Positions 10,492-20,585 of a stretch of 64,000 bases of DNA are shown in pieces. The stretch covers positions 267,978 to 331,977 of the forward strand of contig CAVSLC010000010.1 of NCBI GenBank assembly GCA_963728565.1, in the 5' to 3' direction. Under the pieces are notes generated by a model, which saw nothing but the letters and a program-made list of their open reading frames with translations, was not told the origin of the DNA and did not search any database. The translations under genes were made by a program, and so were the position numbers. Each line of letters starts with the position of its first letter. Position 1 is the stretch's first letter. This DNA comes from an uncultured delta proteobacterium (GTDB lineage Bacteria; Desulfobacterota; Binatia; UBA9968).

Positions 10492-10998
10492 GTGAAATAT
10501 TGGTTGGTTTTGTTTTTGAGTCTTCTGTGTATTCCAGCAGTTGGAGCCCAAGACCGGGTCAAAATCGGCTTTATCGACATACAGCGCGCGATCTCGGATT
10601 CCAACGCCGGTAAACGGGCCAAGGAACGATTTCAGGCGCAGGTGAAAAAGGCGGAAGCTGAGCTTCTTAAAGAAAAGACCGAGCTCGAGCGGCTCAAGGC
10701 GGATCTGGATAAAAAGGGACCTCTGATGAAGGAGGAAGAGCGGCGCAACTTGGAGGTTGATCTGCAGAGACGATACGTCAATTATCAACGAACAATGACT
10801 GACCAGCAACAGGAGCTTCGGCAGAAAGAGGGCGCATTAACCGGAGACATCCTCAAAGAGCTCGAGAAGATTGTCAACGAGATCGGAAAATCCGACAAAT
10901 TTACTTTGATCTTGGAACGAAACCAAATTCTTTACAGCGACCAAGGAATCGACGTCACAAACAAAGTGATCGAAGTTTTCAACAGCCGCAATAAATAG
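10492..10998 (+). CDS. skp: Periplasmic chaperone Skp/OmpH
   Basis: Signal peptide, KIGFIDIQR, coiled coil and DVT.KVI; lies between bamA and lpxD. Confidence 0.92.
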   Translation: MKYWLVLFLSLLCIPAVGAQDRVKIGFIDIQRAISDSNAGKRAKERFQAQVKKAEAELLKEKTELERLKADLDKKGPLMKEEERRNLEVDLQRRYVNYQRTMTDQQQELRQKEGALTGDILKELEKIVNEIGKSDKFTLILERNQILYSDQGIDVTNKVIEVFNSRNK

Positions 10999-11000
10999 AA

Positions 11001-12066
11001 GTGCCGCCGCGAGAACGAATACTTCGCGATTTGGCCGAGTACGTCGGCGGCCGAATTATCGGCGACGATTCCGTCAAGATCTCTAGAGTTTCGCCGATCG
11101 AAGAAGCCGGTACGGGCGATATTACCTTTCTCGCTAACCCTCGCTACGCCAGGTTCATTTCGGCTTCCAAGGCCAGCGCGATTATCGTCGCGCCCCAACT
11201 GGTGGCCCCCGAGCGAGCGCAAACCGGTCAAGGTTTCTTAGAGGTGGCGCAGCCCTATGTGGCGTTTGCTAAAATTCTTCAGCTGTTTGCTCCGGGTGCC
11301 GAGTATCGCCGGGAAATTGCTCCTTCCGCGCATATTGATCCGACCGCAAAGCTTGGTCACGATGTCTCGGCCTACCCCAATGTCTATATAGGGAAATCCG
11401 TCCTGATCGGAGATCGCAGCGTTTTGCTTCCAGGGGTGTTTTTGGGCGATCGAGTGGAGATCGGTAGCGACTGCGTGCTGCATCCCAACGTGGTCGTTCG
11501 CGATGGATGCCGGCTCGGCAACAGGGTCATTCTTCATGCGGGTGTGGTTATTGGCAGCGATGGCTTCGGCTACGCGGGGAGCGGCGAACATAGGATCAAG
11601 ATCCCTCAGGTGGGCATCGTCGAGGTCGAAGACGATGTCGAGATCGGCGCCAATACAACGATCGATCGCGCAACTCTTGGCCGCACACTCATTGGACGAG
11701 GCGCTAAAATCGATAATCTCGTGCAAATTGCGCATAATGTTACCGTGGGAGCAAACTCGGTGATCGCGGCGCAAGCCGGGATCGCCGGCAGTACGAAATT
11801 GGGCAAGAATGTGACTTTGGCCGGACAAGTGGGGGTAGTCAATCATATCGAGATCGGCGACGGAGCGGTCATCGGACCGCAGTCCGGAGTGCCTCAGTCT
11901 GTGCCAGCGGGAGCGTTGCTGTCTGGGCGGTATTGGCGTAGCGCCGCATCACGAGTGGCTAAAGGTGATGACTCTTTTGCCGCAGCTACCTAAGCTGTGG
12001 ACACTGGTGCGGCGCCTCGAGAAGCAAGTGGCACAGCTTGCGAATCGGCAACCAAAGGAAAAGTAG
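11001..12066 (+). CDS. lpxD: UDP-3-O-acylglucosamine N-acyltransferase LpxD; frameshift near 11926
   Basis: Hexapeptide repeats, GSDGFGY, KIPQVG and KIDNLVQIAHNV; alternative frame gives ..APHHEWLKVMTLLPQLPKL..KEK* ending at 12066. Confidence 0.93.
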
Positions 12067-12070
12067 GGTT

Positions 12071-12508
12071 ATGGTCGAGGTCAAAGACATCCTAAAATAT
12101 CTTCCCCATCGGTATCCGTTTCTGTTGGTCGATAAGGTTTTGCAAATCGATGGAGAAGAGAAAATCGTCGCTATCAAGAATGTCTCGTTCAACGAGAATT
12201 TCTTCCAAGGCCACTTTCCCAACCGCCCGGTGATGCCGGGAGTATTGATCTGTGAAGCTATGGCTCAGGTCGGCGCGATCTTCGCACATAACGCCCGCGG
12301 CGGTATGGAAGATAACAAGGTGTTCGTGCTTACCGGTCTGGATAATGTGAAATTCAAACGGCCGGTGGAACCCGGAGACCAATTACGAATGGAATTGACC
12401 TGTTTGAAGCGCCGCGGCAGTTTCTGGAAAATGCACGGGAACGCGTTGGTCGACGGCAAGCTGGTGGCTCAGGCTGAGATTTCCGCCATGGAAATCGACA
12501 TGCCCTAG
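12071..12508 (+). CDS. fabZ: 3-hydroxyacyl-ACP dehydratase
   Basis: LPHRYPFLLVD and FFQGHFP.RPVMPGVLI.EAMAQ. Confidence 0.96.
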   Translation: MVEVKDILKYLPHRYPFLLVDKVLQIDGEEKIVAIKNVSFNENFFQGHFPNRPVMPGVLICEAMAQVGAIFAHNARGGMEDNKVFVLTGLDNVKFKRPVEPGDQLRMELTCLKRRGSFWKMHGNALVDGKLVAQAEISAMEIDMP

Positions 12509-12516
12509 GGTTCACC

Positions 12517-13293
12517 ATGAGCAGGATCCACCAGACAGCTTTGATCGATCGCCATGCGGAAATAGATACTGACGTTGAGATCGGCCCTTACAGTGTTATT
12601 GGCGCCGGAGTAAAAATCGGCCAACAAACCAGAGTGGCGTCTCACGTGGTGATTGAAGGCCGCACTTCAATCGGCCAAGGGAACACGATCTATCAATTTG
12701 CCACCATCGGATCCAGGCCGCAGGATCTCAAGTACAGGGGAGAGGCCAGCGAATTGATCATCGGCAACCACAACACCATCCGAGAATACGTCTCGCTTAA
12801 TCCAGGAACCGCCGGCGGCGGAATGGTCACCCGTGTGGGTGACCATAATTTGTTGATGATGCACTGCCATATCGCTCACGACTGTCTGATCGGCAGCCAC
12901 AATATCATTGCCAATGGCGCCACGCTGGGCGGGCATGTGATGGTCCAAGATTATGTGATCGTCGGCGGCTTGGTTGGCATTCATCAGTTCGCCCGTATCG
13001 GCTCGGGAGCGATTTTGGGAGCGGGATCAATGGTTTCCAAAGATGTTCCGCCTTTTTGCAATGCCACCGGTGATCGGGCCCGTCTTCGCGGGCTCAACCT
13101 CGAAGGACTAAAACGCCGGGGTTTTACTACCGCCGCGATCGACGCTTTGAAGAAGGCTTACCGGATAATATTCCAATCGAAGCTCAAAACCAAAGACGCG
13201 CTAGAAAAGGTCCGCCGCGAGATATCACCCACGGCCGAAATCGATATCTTGTTAGCTTTCATCGCCCAATCTCAACGCGGCATTTGCCGATAG
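12517..13293 (+). CDS. lpxA: Acyl-ACP--UDP-N-acetylglucosamine acyltransferase
   Basis: Hexapeptide repeats, PQDLKY, HIAHDC, HQF and GLN.EGLKRRGF. Confidence 0.96.
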   Translation: MSRIHQTALIDRHAEIDTDVEIGPYSVIGAGVKIGQQTRVASHVVIEGRTSIGQGNTIYQFATIGSRPQDLKYRGEASELIIGNHNTIREYVSLNPGTAGGGMVTRVGDHNLLMMHCHIAHDCLIGSHNIIANGATLGGHVMVQDYVIVGGLVGIHQFARIGSGAILGAGSMVSKDVPPFCNATGDRARLRGLNLEGLKRRGFTTAAIDALKKAYRIIFQSKLKTKDALEKVRREISPTAEIDILLAFIAQSQRGICR

Positions 13294-14147
13294 CTGAGGT
13301 CACCTCCGATCCAGCGCTCGCCAGCGTGAACTCTCTTTACGACAAGCGAATAGGTTTAATCGCCGGCAACGGTCGGTTCCCCTATATTTTCGCTCAGGAA
13401 GCCAAACGAGGCGGATACTCTGTTGTAGCAGTTGCTCATCGCGACGAGACACTTGCAGAGATTGAGAACGTTGTCGACGAATTGACCTGGGTTTACGTTG
13501 GACAGCTGGGAAAAATCATCCGCACCTTTCATCGCGCGCAAGTCACCCAGGCGGTCATGGCAGGTGGGATTCGCAAAGTGAGGCTGTTCGGCAATTTCCG
13601 ACCTGACTTGCGTGGTGCCAACTTTCTGGCCCGTCTGAAGAGTCGGGACGATGATGCCTTACTTCGTGGTATCGCCAACGAGCTTGAGAAGGACGGGATT
13701 ACGATTTTGGAATCAACTCTGTGCGTGCCGCAAATTATTACCACTGCCGGCGTTCTGACCCGCCAGGTGCCATCCGATCGGCATTGGAAGGACATCCGTT
13801 TCGGCCTCCATGTTGCCAAAGAAATCGGCCGTCTGGGTATTGGCCAAACCGTTGTAGTAAAAAATGGCATGGTGATCGCCGTAGAGGCGGTGGAAGGCAC
13901 CGATGAGGCGATTAAGCGGGGCGGTAGTTTGGCGCGTTCCGGTTGTGTGGTCATCAAGGTCAGCAAGCCGAACCAAGATCTGCGCTTCGACGTTCCCGCC
14001 GTTGGCGTGGAAACTATCAAAATACTTCGCCAAGCCGGCGCGGTTGCTTTAGCTCTAGAAGCGGGGAAAACATTATTGTTGGAGAAAGATGCGCTGCTCG
14101 CGGAGGCCGATGCCGGCGGAATCGCTGTTGTCGGCGTGGCCGCTTGA
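13284..14147 (+). CDS. lpxI: UDP-2,3-diacylglucosamine pyrophosphatase LpxI
   Basis: GLIAGNG.FP, IGQTVVV, AVEAVEGTD and KP.QDLRFD.P.VG. Confidence 0.92.
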   Translation: MPIAEVTSDPALASVNSLYDKRIGLIAGNGRFPYIFAQEAKRGGYSVVAVAHRDETLAEIENVVDELTWVYVGQLGKIIRTFHRAQVTQAVMAGGIRKVRLFGNFRPDLRGANFLARLKSRDDDALLRGIANELEKDGITILESTLCVPQIITTAGVLTRQVPSDRHWKDIRFGLHVAKEIGRLGIGQTVVVKNGMVIAVEAVEGTDEAIKRGGSLARSGCVVIKVSKPNQDLRFDVPAVGVETIKILRQAGAVALALEAGKTLLLEKDALLAEADAGGIAVVGVAA

Positions 14148-14160
14148 GCAGCAATTAAAC

Positions 14161-15093
14161 ATGCATCCACGCCGGAAAATCCCAGCTGCGGTCATCGGGG
14201 TCGGATACTTAGGTAAATTTCATGCGGAGAAGTATGCCGCCTCGGAAAAGGCTGATCTCGTCGCTGTGGTCGATGAGGATAGTGCCCGTGCCGCTGAAAT
14301 TGGCGGCGGCGTGGGAGCCGTGGGATTGACCGATTACCGCGAGCTATTCGGCCGAGTACAGTGTGTCAGTATTGCCGTTCCAACTCGGGTCCACTATCAA
14401 GTCGCCAAAGACTTAATAACCGCCGGCATCGATGTGCTGGTCGAAAAACCGCTCGCGGCAAACCTGGACGAGGCAAGGGATTTGGTCGCCCTGGCCGAGT
14501 CTCGGAATTGTATTCTGCAGGTGGGGCATCTGGAGCGCTTTAACCCGGCAATCCGGCGCCTCGAAGGAGTCATCAAAGAGCCGAAGTTCGTCGAATGCCA
14601 TCGGTTGGCACCGTTCGTCGAAAGAGGCACGGATGTTGACGTCGTGCTTGATCTGATGATTCACGACATCGATGTTATTGCCAGCTTGGTTCGTTCTCCG
14701 GTGATTCGTGTGGAGGCAGTTGGCGTGCCGGTTCTGACCGAAACGCCGGACATTGCCAACGCCCGGCTGATATTTGCCAACGGCTGCATCGCCAACGTCA
14801 CCGCCAGCCGAGTCTCGATCAAGCGGGAACGAAAAGTTCGATTCTTTCAACCTGACGCTTATATCTCAATCGACTACGATCAACGCCGTGCCCAGATAAT
14901 CTACAAGCCGGCGCCGGGCGCGGGATGGCTAGACCTGCGCAGTGAAAACATCGAATTCAAGGAAGGAGATGCTCTCGCCGATGAGATCGACTCATTTCTC
15001 GATTGTGTGCGCTCGCGAACGGCCCCCCTGGTCAGCGGCGTTGACGGCCTCAACGCCTTGGAAATAGCATCGTTGATCCGAGCTCAGCTTTGA
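14161..15093 (+). CDS. gnnA: Gfo/Idh/MocA oxidoreductase, GnnA-like (UDP-GlcNAc 3-dehydrogenase)
   Basis: VIGVGYLGKFHA, LVEKP, VGHLERFNPA and VVLDLMIHDID; located between lpxA/lpxI and lpxB. Confidence 0.72.
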   Translation: MHPRRKIPAAVIGVGYLGKFHAEKYAASEKADLVAVVDEDSARAAEIGGGVGAVGLTDYRELFGRVQCVSIAVPTRVHYQVAKDLITAGIDVLVEKPLAANLDEARDLVALAESRNCILQVGHLERFNPAIRRLEGVIKEPKFVECHRLAPFVERGTDVDVVLDLMIHDIDVIASLVRSPVIRVEAVGVPVLTETPDIANARLIFANGCIANVTASRVSIKRERKVRFFQPDAYISIDYDQRRAQIIYKPAPGAGWLDLRSENIEFKEGDALADEIDSFLDCVRSRTAPLVSGVDGLNALEIASLIRAQL

Positions 15094-15120
15094 TCTGCCC
15101 GAAGTGTCGACATTTCGCTT

Positions 15121-16270
15121 ATGAATCGTGGCAGAGAGATCATGCTGGTCGTCGGCGAAGCCTCCGGCGATATGCATGGGGCCAGCCTGGTCAAAGCGTT
15201 ATTGAAGCGAGATCCGAATCTCACGTTCTTCGGCGTCGCCGGCGACCAGCTGCAACGAACAAGTTTCGAGACCCTTTTCACCGTGTCGAAACTGACCGGA
15301 ATGGGGCTCCTCGAATTGGCAGGCAACATCAAAAATATTATCGCAGCGTATCGTCTTTTGCGCCGGACATTGCGGACACGCAGACCGAGCCTTCTCATCC
15401 TCATCGACTTCCCGGAATTCAATTTGCGACTGGCCAGGCTCGCTAAAAAACTCGATGTGCCGGTGCTCTATTACGTTAGTCCCCAGGTATGGGCGTGGCG
15501 CCGCGGCAGAATCCGGGAAATCGCCCAGGTAGTTGACAAGATGGCGGTGGTGTTCCCGTTTGAAGTCGAGTTCTATGAGGGACACCACGTGCCAGTCGAA
15601 TTTGTCGGCCATCCATTGCTGGATGTCGTGCGGGTGAGTCAAAAACGTGAGTCTATCTTGAGCGAACTCGGGTTGGACAAAGAAAGGCCGGTCATCGCGT
15701 TGCTTCCGGGGAGCAGGCGAAAAGAAGTTGCTTATCATTTGCCGATAATGGTTGCCGCGGCCACCGAGTTGAAGCGCGTTGCGCAGGCGCAGTTTTTTTG
15801 TGTCAGAGCCAATACCCTGGATCGAGCGGAGTTGCAGAAATCGCTGGATCGCGCCGGCTTCGTGATACCTATAGTCGAAGGCGGACGTTACAACGCCATA
15901 AATGCCGCGGATCTTGTCTGGGCGGCTTCCGGGACCGCCACCTTGGAAACAGCGCTGCTCGAGAAACCGATGATCGTGGTTTATCGGGTTTCCTGGGTCA
16001 CGTATTGGCTTGCTCGCTTGTTGGTCAAGATCAAATATATCGGCATCGCCAACATCATCGCCGGGAAGGCGATTGTTCCAGAATTGGTTCAATCGGATCT
16101 GTCGCCCGAACGGCTTGTGCAGGAGAGTCAGTCGATACTCAATGATCACGAAGCCCGCAGGACAATGATCGCAAACCTCCGTAGTGCTCCGAGAGCAACT
16201 CGGTGCCCCCGGCGCCGCCAATCGCGTCGCCGAACTGGCCGTCTCATTGATGGCGCCAGTCAAAGCTTAA
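15121..16270 (+). CDS. lpxB: Lipid-A-disaccharide synthase LpxB; frameshift near 16180
   Basis: GEASGD.HGA, ID.PEFN, YVSPQVWAWR, LLPGSR and SGTATLE; alternative frame gives LREQLGAPGAANRVAELAVSLMAPVKA* ending at 16270. Confidence 0.93.
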
Positions 16271-16285
16271 TTAGACTGAGACTCT

Positions 16286-18040
16286 GTGAAAACCTATCGA
16301 CGCTTACTGCCCTTTTTGAAGCCGTATATTTGGCCCTACTTCGCATTGGGCATTGTTTGCATGCTTGGCTATAGCGCCACCGACGGCGTGATTCCATTCC
16401 TGGTGCGGAGCGTGTTCGATGATCTTTTTCAAAAAAAGGATCCGAACATGCTGCGCTATGTTCCTTTAGCCATCATCGTAGTCTTTAGCGCGCGCGGTCT
16501 GCTCAACTTCGGCCAGCATTATTTCAGTGATTATGTTGGGCTGCGCATTATCAATGACGTGCGCAACCAACTCAACTGCCATCTGCAATATCTGTCGCTG
16601 GCTTTTTTTTACCGGCATCCCACTGGAACACTTCTCTCTCGGGTGGGCAATGACGTCACTCTATTGCGTGCCGTGCTTACGGATGCGCTGGCCTCGCTGG
16701 TGCGAGACAGTCTCTCGGTGATCGTGCTGATCGGCGTTGCCTTTTACCAGGATTGGGTCTTGGCCTCGATCGCGTTTTTTGTATTTCCCGCATCGGTTCT
16801 GCCGGTGATGCGCATGAGCAGAAAAATCAAGCGGTTCACCAAACGCGGGCAGATCAGCACGGGTAATCTAACCGCCCTGCTGCAGGAAAGCGTCCAAGGT
16901 AATCGCATCGTCAAGGCGTTCGGCATGGAAGAGTACGAGATCAAACGTTTTACCGCGGAGAATTGGCGGCTTTTCAAGCAATCGGTGCGGGCAAGCCGAA
17001 TCAAGGCGGTGGTCACTCCAACGATGGAATTTTTGGCTTCCTTCGGGATTGCCGGAGTCGTCTGGTACGGAGGTTCGAGCGTCATCGGCGGCGGTCGAAC
17101 GCAAGGCGAGTTCATGGCTTTCATGGCCGCAATGATGCTCATGTACCAGCCGTTTAAATCCCTTGCCAGAACCTATGCAGCGGTTCAGCAAGGGATTGCC
17201 GGGGCGGAAAGAGTCTTCGAAATCCTGGATACGCGTGCCGACGTGCAGGAACGTCCCGGCGCCCGAGCGGCTCAGAGGTTCACGGAATCCATCGAATTTC
17301 ATGATGTGAGCTTCGGTTACGGTGAAAAGCTGGTCTTGAAGGATATTAACTTGCGCATTAGCGCCGGTGAAATGGTCGCGCTCGTCGGGATTAGCGGTGT
17401 CGGCAAAAGCACCATGGCCGACCTGATCCCGCGCTTTTACGATGTTACGGCCGGCGCCGTTACTATGGACAACATCGATATCCGAGACCTCACGTTGCGA
17501 ACGTTGCGGCAGCAAATCGGTCTGGTAAGTCAGCATACCTTTCTGTTTAACGACACGATCCGCAACAACATCAGTTATGGCGATCCGGAACGCAGCATCG
17601 ATGCTATCATAGCCGCCGCCAAGGCGGCCTATGCCCACGATTTCATCATGTCGTTGCCCAGGGGCTACGATACCAACATCGGTGAAATGGGGCTGCAACT
17701 TTCCGGCGGTCAAAGGCAGCGGCTCGCGATTGCGCGGGCACTCTTGAAAGACGCGCCGATTCTGATTCTCGACGAGGCGACTTCGGCTCTCGACGCCCAA
17801 TCAGAACGATCGGTGCAAAATGCTCTCGATAACCTGATGACCCGACGGACCACAGTAGTGGTGGCGCACCGGCTGTCGACGATTCGTCGCGCGGACCGAA
17901 TCGTGGTTTTGGTTGGCGGAAAAATCGCTGAACAAGGTCGTCACGAGGAACTGATGGCGCGCAAGCAGGAATACAGCCGCCTCTACAGTATGCAGTTGCT
18001 CGAAGATGTCCAACCGGTCGAACCAAAGATCATGCACTGA
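16286..18040 (+). CDS. msbA: Lipid A flippase ABC transporter
   Basis: TM domain plus GISGVGKST, LSGGQRQR and ILDEATSALD; between lpxB and waaA/lpxK. Confidence 0.9.
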   Translation: MKTYRRLLPFLKPYIWPYFALGIVCMLGYSATDGVIPFLVRSVFDDLFQKKDPNMLRYVPLAIIVVFSARGLLNFGQHYFSDYVGLRIINDVRNQLNCHLQYLSLAFFYRHPTGTLLSRVGNDVTLLRAVLTDALASLVRDSLSVIVLIGVAFYQDWVLASIAFFVFPASVLPVMRMSRKIKRFTKRGQISTGNLTALLQESVQGNRIVKAFGMEEYEIKRFTAENWRLFKQSVRASRIKAVVTPTMEFLASFGIAGVVWYGGSSVIGGGRTQGEFMAFMAAMMLMYQPFKSLARTYAAVQQGIAGAERVFEILDTRADVQERPGARAAQRFTESIEFHDVSFGYGEKLVLKDINLRISAGEMVALVGISGVGKSTMADLIPRFYDVTAGAVTMDNIDIRDLTLRTLRQQIGLVSQHTFLFNDTIRNNISYGDPERSIDAIIAAAKAAYAHDFIMSLPRGYDTNIGEMGLQLSGGQRQRLAIARALLKDAPILILDEATSALDAQSERSVQNALDNLMTRRTTVVVAHRLSTIRRADRIVVLVGGKIAEQGRHEELMARKQEYSRLYSMQLLEDVQPVEPKIMH

Positions 18041-18054
18041 ACTATCCTCGAGCG

Positions 18055-19344
18055 ATGGGCTATCTAACTTACAATGTGTTTATTACACTGTCTTTCTTGG
18101 TCGCCTTGCCAGTTCTTCCACTGCTGCTGTTCGGAGGAGAACGCTTCCGGGCTGGGTTCGGGCAGAGACTAGGGTGGTATTCAATCGACAGTGCAGTTCG
18201 GTCCAAGGCTCAACGACCGCTCTGGATACACGCGGCTTCGGTCGGGGAGGTCCGGTCCGTGCGCGCGTTGAGCGAACAACTTAGGCGGCGCTTTCCTGAT
18301 CGTGCTATCATCCTATCCACCTTGACGCATACGGGAAACCTGACCGCGCGTCAAAATCCGGCGATTGATCGGGTTATTTATTTGCCCTTGGACCTTTGGT
18401 GGACAGTGCGACGAGCACTGGCTGTTTTCGACCCAGCTGTGTTGATTTTTATCGAGACCGAAATCTGGCCCAATTTGTTGCGTCAAGCTCATCGCAAAGG
18501 GTTACCGACCATTCTTCTGAGTGGGCGCGTTTCCGAGAAGGGATATAATAATTACCGCCGGCTCGGGTGGTTCTTCAAAAAAGTCTTTCGATTGTTAAGA
18601 GCCTGTGGCATGCAGTCGGAAATCGATCGACAGCGAATCATCAGGCTGGGGGCAGCGCCCAGCCGGGTCTCGATTACTGGCAACCTAAAGGATGCCGCTG
18701 TGCTGGGTGACGAAACGGCGCGGTCCGAGATCTGCGAGCAAAGGCCGGGCGACAGCTGGATTTGGGTCGTAGGTAGTTCGCATCGAGGGGAGGAAGAAAT
18801 TGCCTGTGCGGCGTTCAAAACCTTGAAGCAGCAATTCCCGCGGCTGCGCATGATTCTAGCGCCGCGTCATCCGCAACGTTTCGCCGAAGTAGGAAAACTG
18901 CTGGCTACCAGCGGAGTTTCATTTGAAAAGAAAAGTAGCATCGGAACCAAGCGCGAGTTCCAACGTGACGTCCTTTTTTTGGACACCATCGGCGACTTGG
19001 AACGTTTTTATGCCGACGCCGATTTGGCATTTGTCGGCGGCAGCCTGGTAGATGCGGGGGGGCATAATCTTTTGGAACCGGCTCGCTTGCGCAAACCCGT
19101 TCTCTTCGGTCCCTATACTTCGAATGTGAAGTTGCTGGCGCGGAGGCTGAAACAAAATGGCGGCGGCTTTGAAGTACGAGGCGTCGAAGATTTAGTGCGT
19201 GAAATAAGCGAACTGCTGTCGGATCCGCAAAAACGCCGGCTAGCTGGGGATAAGGCGTATGAAGTCGCTGTCATAGATGACACCGTCATCGATCAAAGCT
19301 TGAATATTGTCGCCAGATATCTCCCCGCGTCCGCCGCTACCTAG
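18055..19344 (+). CDS. waaA: Kdo transferase
   Basis: WIHAASVGE, ETEIWPN, LAPRHP.RF and GGHNLLEPA. Confidence 0.95.
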   Translation: MGYLTYNVFITLSFLVALPVLPLLLFGGERFRAGFGQRLGWYSIDSAVRSKAQRPLWIHAASVGEVRSVRALSEQLRRRFPDRAIILSTLTHTGNLTARQNPAIDRVIYLPLDLWWTVRRALAVFDPAVLIFIETEIWPNLLRQAHRKGLPTILLSGRVSEKGYNNYRRLGWFFKKVFRLLRACGMQSEIDRQRIIRLGAAPSRVSITGNLKDAAVLGDETARSEICEQRPGDSWIWVVGSSHRGEEEIACAAFKTLKQQFPRLRMILAPRHPQRFAEVGKLLATSGVSFEKKSSIGTKREFQRDVLFLDTIGDLERFYADADLAFVGGSLVDAGGHNLLEPARLRKPVLFGPYTSNVKLLARRLKQNGGGFEVRGVEDLVREISELLSDPQKRRLAGDKAYEVAVIDDTVIDQSLNIVARYLPASAAT

Positions 19345-19379
19345 TTGGTCGGCCGTCGCCATACACGTTTGGAGTCTTG

Positions 19380-20504
19380 ATGAGAAGCATTGGCATTCAG
19401 CGCGTTTGGCAACGAAGAGGAGCATCGGGCAAACTTCTGTGGCTCTTGCTTTGGCCCTCCTCGTGGGCTTACCGGTTCGCCGTAGCATTCCGCAATTTTT
19501 TATATCGATGCAAGTGCGCTCGAGTTCACGCACTGGACTGTCCAATCATCAGTATCGGCAACCTATCGGTGGGCGGGACCGGAAAAACTCCGGCGACCTT
19601 GTGGTTGGCGCGACGCTTGATGGAACGCGGCTATAAAGTGGGTATTCTCAGCCGCGGCTATAAGCGGAAAGGGACGGGGTCGGTCATTTTATCCGGAGAT
19701 GACAGCATTTCGTCGACAACCATCGATGGCTCTGAAGCGCTCGCGGCCGGCGATGAGCCGGTCATGATGGCGCGCATTTATGGGTTATCTGTGAGCGTGG
19801 CCAAAAATCGATATCAGGCCGGCCTCGAGCTATTGGCGAAAAAAAACATGGACGTGCTTATACTGGATGACGGGTTTCAGCACCGGAAATTAAAGCGCGA
19901 TTTCGATCTGGTGCTGCTAGGGGAGGATGTCCCGGGATGGCTGTTGCCTTGCGGTCCATTCCGTGAACCGACCCGCTCTCTGAGGCGGGCCGACTGTTTT
20001 CTGGTCACCGGGGCTGCCGAACGCTGGCAGAGATGGATTCAGGCGAACGGAGGGCGTCCCTCTTTCCGAGCAATGCTTCAGCCGCAGGCGCTGATCGGCT
20101 TCGAAGCCGATCAGCGCAAAGAATACCCCCTTACGCTGCTCTACCGCAGTAAAATTCTGGCGGTCGCCGGAATCGCAAAGCCGGCAAATTTCTATCAAAC
20201 GATACACGAGTATGATGGCGACATCGTCGATACATTAGAGTACCCGGACCATCACGACTACTCGGCTGCGGACTGGCAACAGATTAATCGGATCGCGCGC
20301 GACGTCGATCTTATCGTGACCACCGAAAAGGATATTCTGAAGCTGATGCGCTTCCCCTTTGCGCGGGGTAAGTTGTTGGCGCTGCGTGTATCGATGGCGG
20401 TGACGCAGGAAGAAGATGTACTCGACCTCGTGATCGGCACTATCCGTAAGCACGGCCCTAAGACGGAAGACGAACGTAATCGCAGTCCAGCGCTGTCAGT
20501 GTAA
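19380..20504 (+). CDS. lpxK: Tetraacyldisaccharide 4'-kinase
   Basis: SIGNLSVGGTGKTP, LSRGY, GDEP, DDGFQH, LLP.GP.RE and TTEKD. Confidence 0.95.
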   Translation: MRSIGIQRVWQRRGASGKLLWLLLWPSSWAYRFAVAFRNFLYRCKCARVHALDCPIISIGNLSVGGTGKTPATLWLARRLMERGYKVGILSRGYKRKGTGSVILSGDDSISSTTIDGSEALAAGDEPVMMARIYGLSVSVAKNRYQAGLELLAKKNMDVLILDDGFQHRKLKRDFDLVLLGEDVPGWLLPCGPFREPTRSLRRADCFLVTGAAERWQRWIQANGGRPSFRAMLQPQALIGFEADQRKEYPLTLLYRSKILAVAGIAKPANFYQTIHEYDGDIVDTLEYPDHHDYSAADWQQINRIARDVDLIVTTEKDILKLMRFPFARGKLLALRVSMAVTQEEDVLDLVIGTIRKHGPKTEDERNRSPALSV

Positions 20505-20585
20505 TGCTTGATCGACCAGGCATTGCCGGACGGGACGGGCGAGCTGCCGGGAGCATCGAGTCATTCAGATAGCAGGAGGCTTAAC

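Noticed and set aside
8027-16270. bamA, lpxD and lpxB as pseudogenes or programmed frameshifts
   Set aside because: These genes are normally essential, the continuations are intact, and similar indels are scattered through the window. Assembly error is the simpler explanation.
15199-17800. Long antisense ORFs (354 aa and 310 aa) opposite lpxB and msbA; likewise 51766-52545 opposite lon
   Set aside because: These are shadow ORFs of well-conserved genes and show no recognisable motifs.
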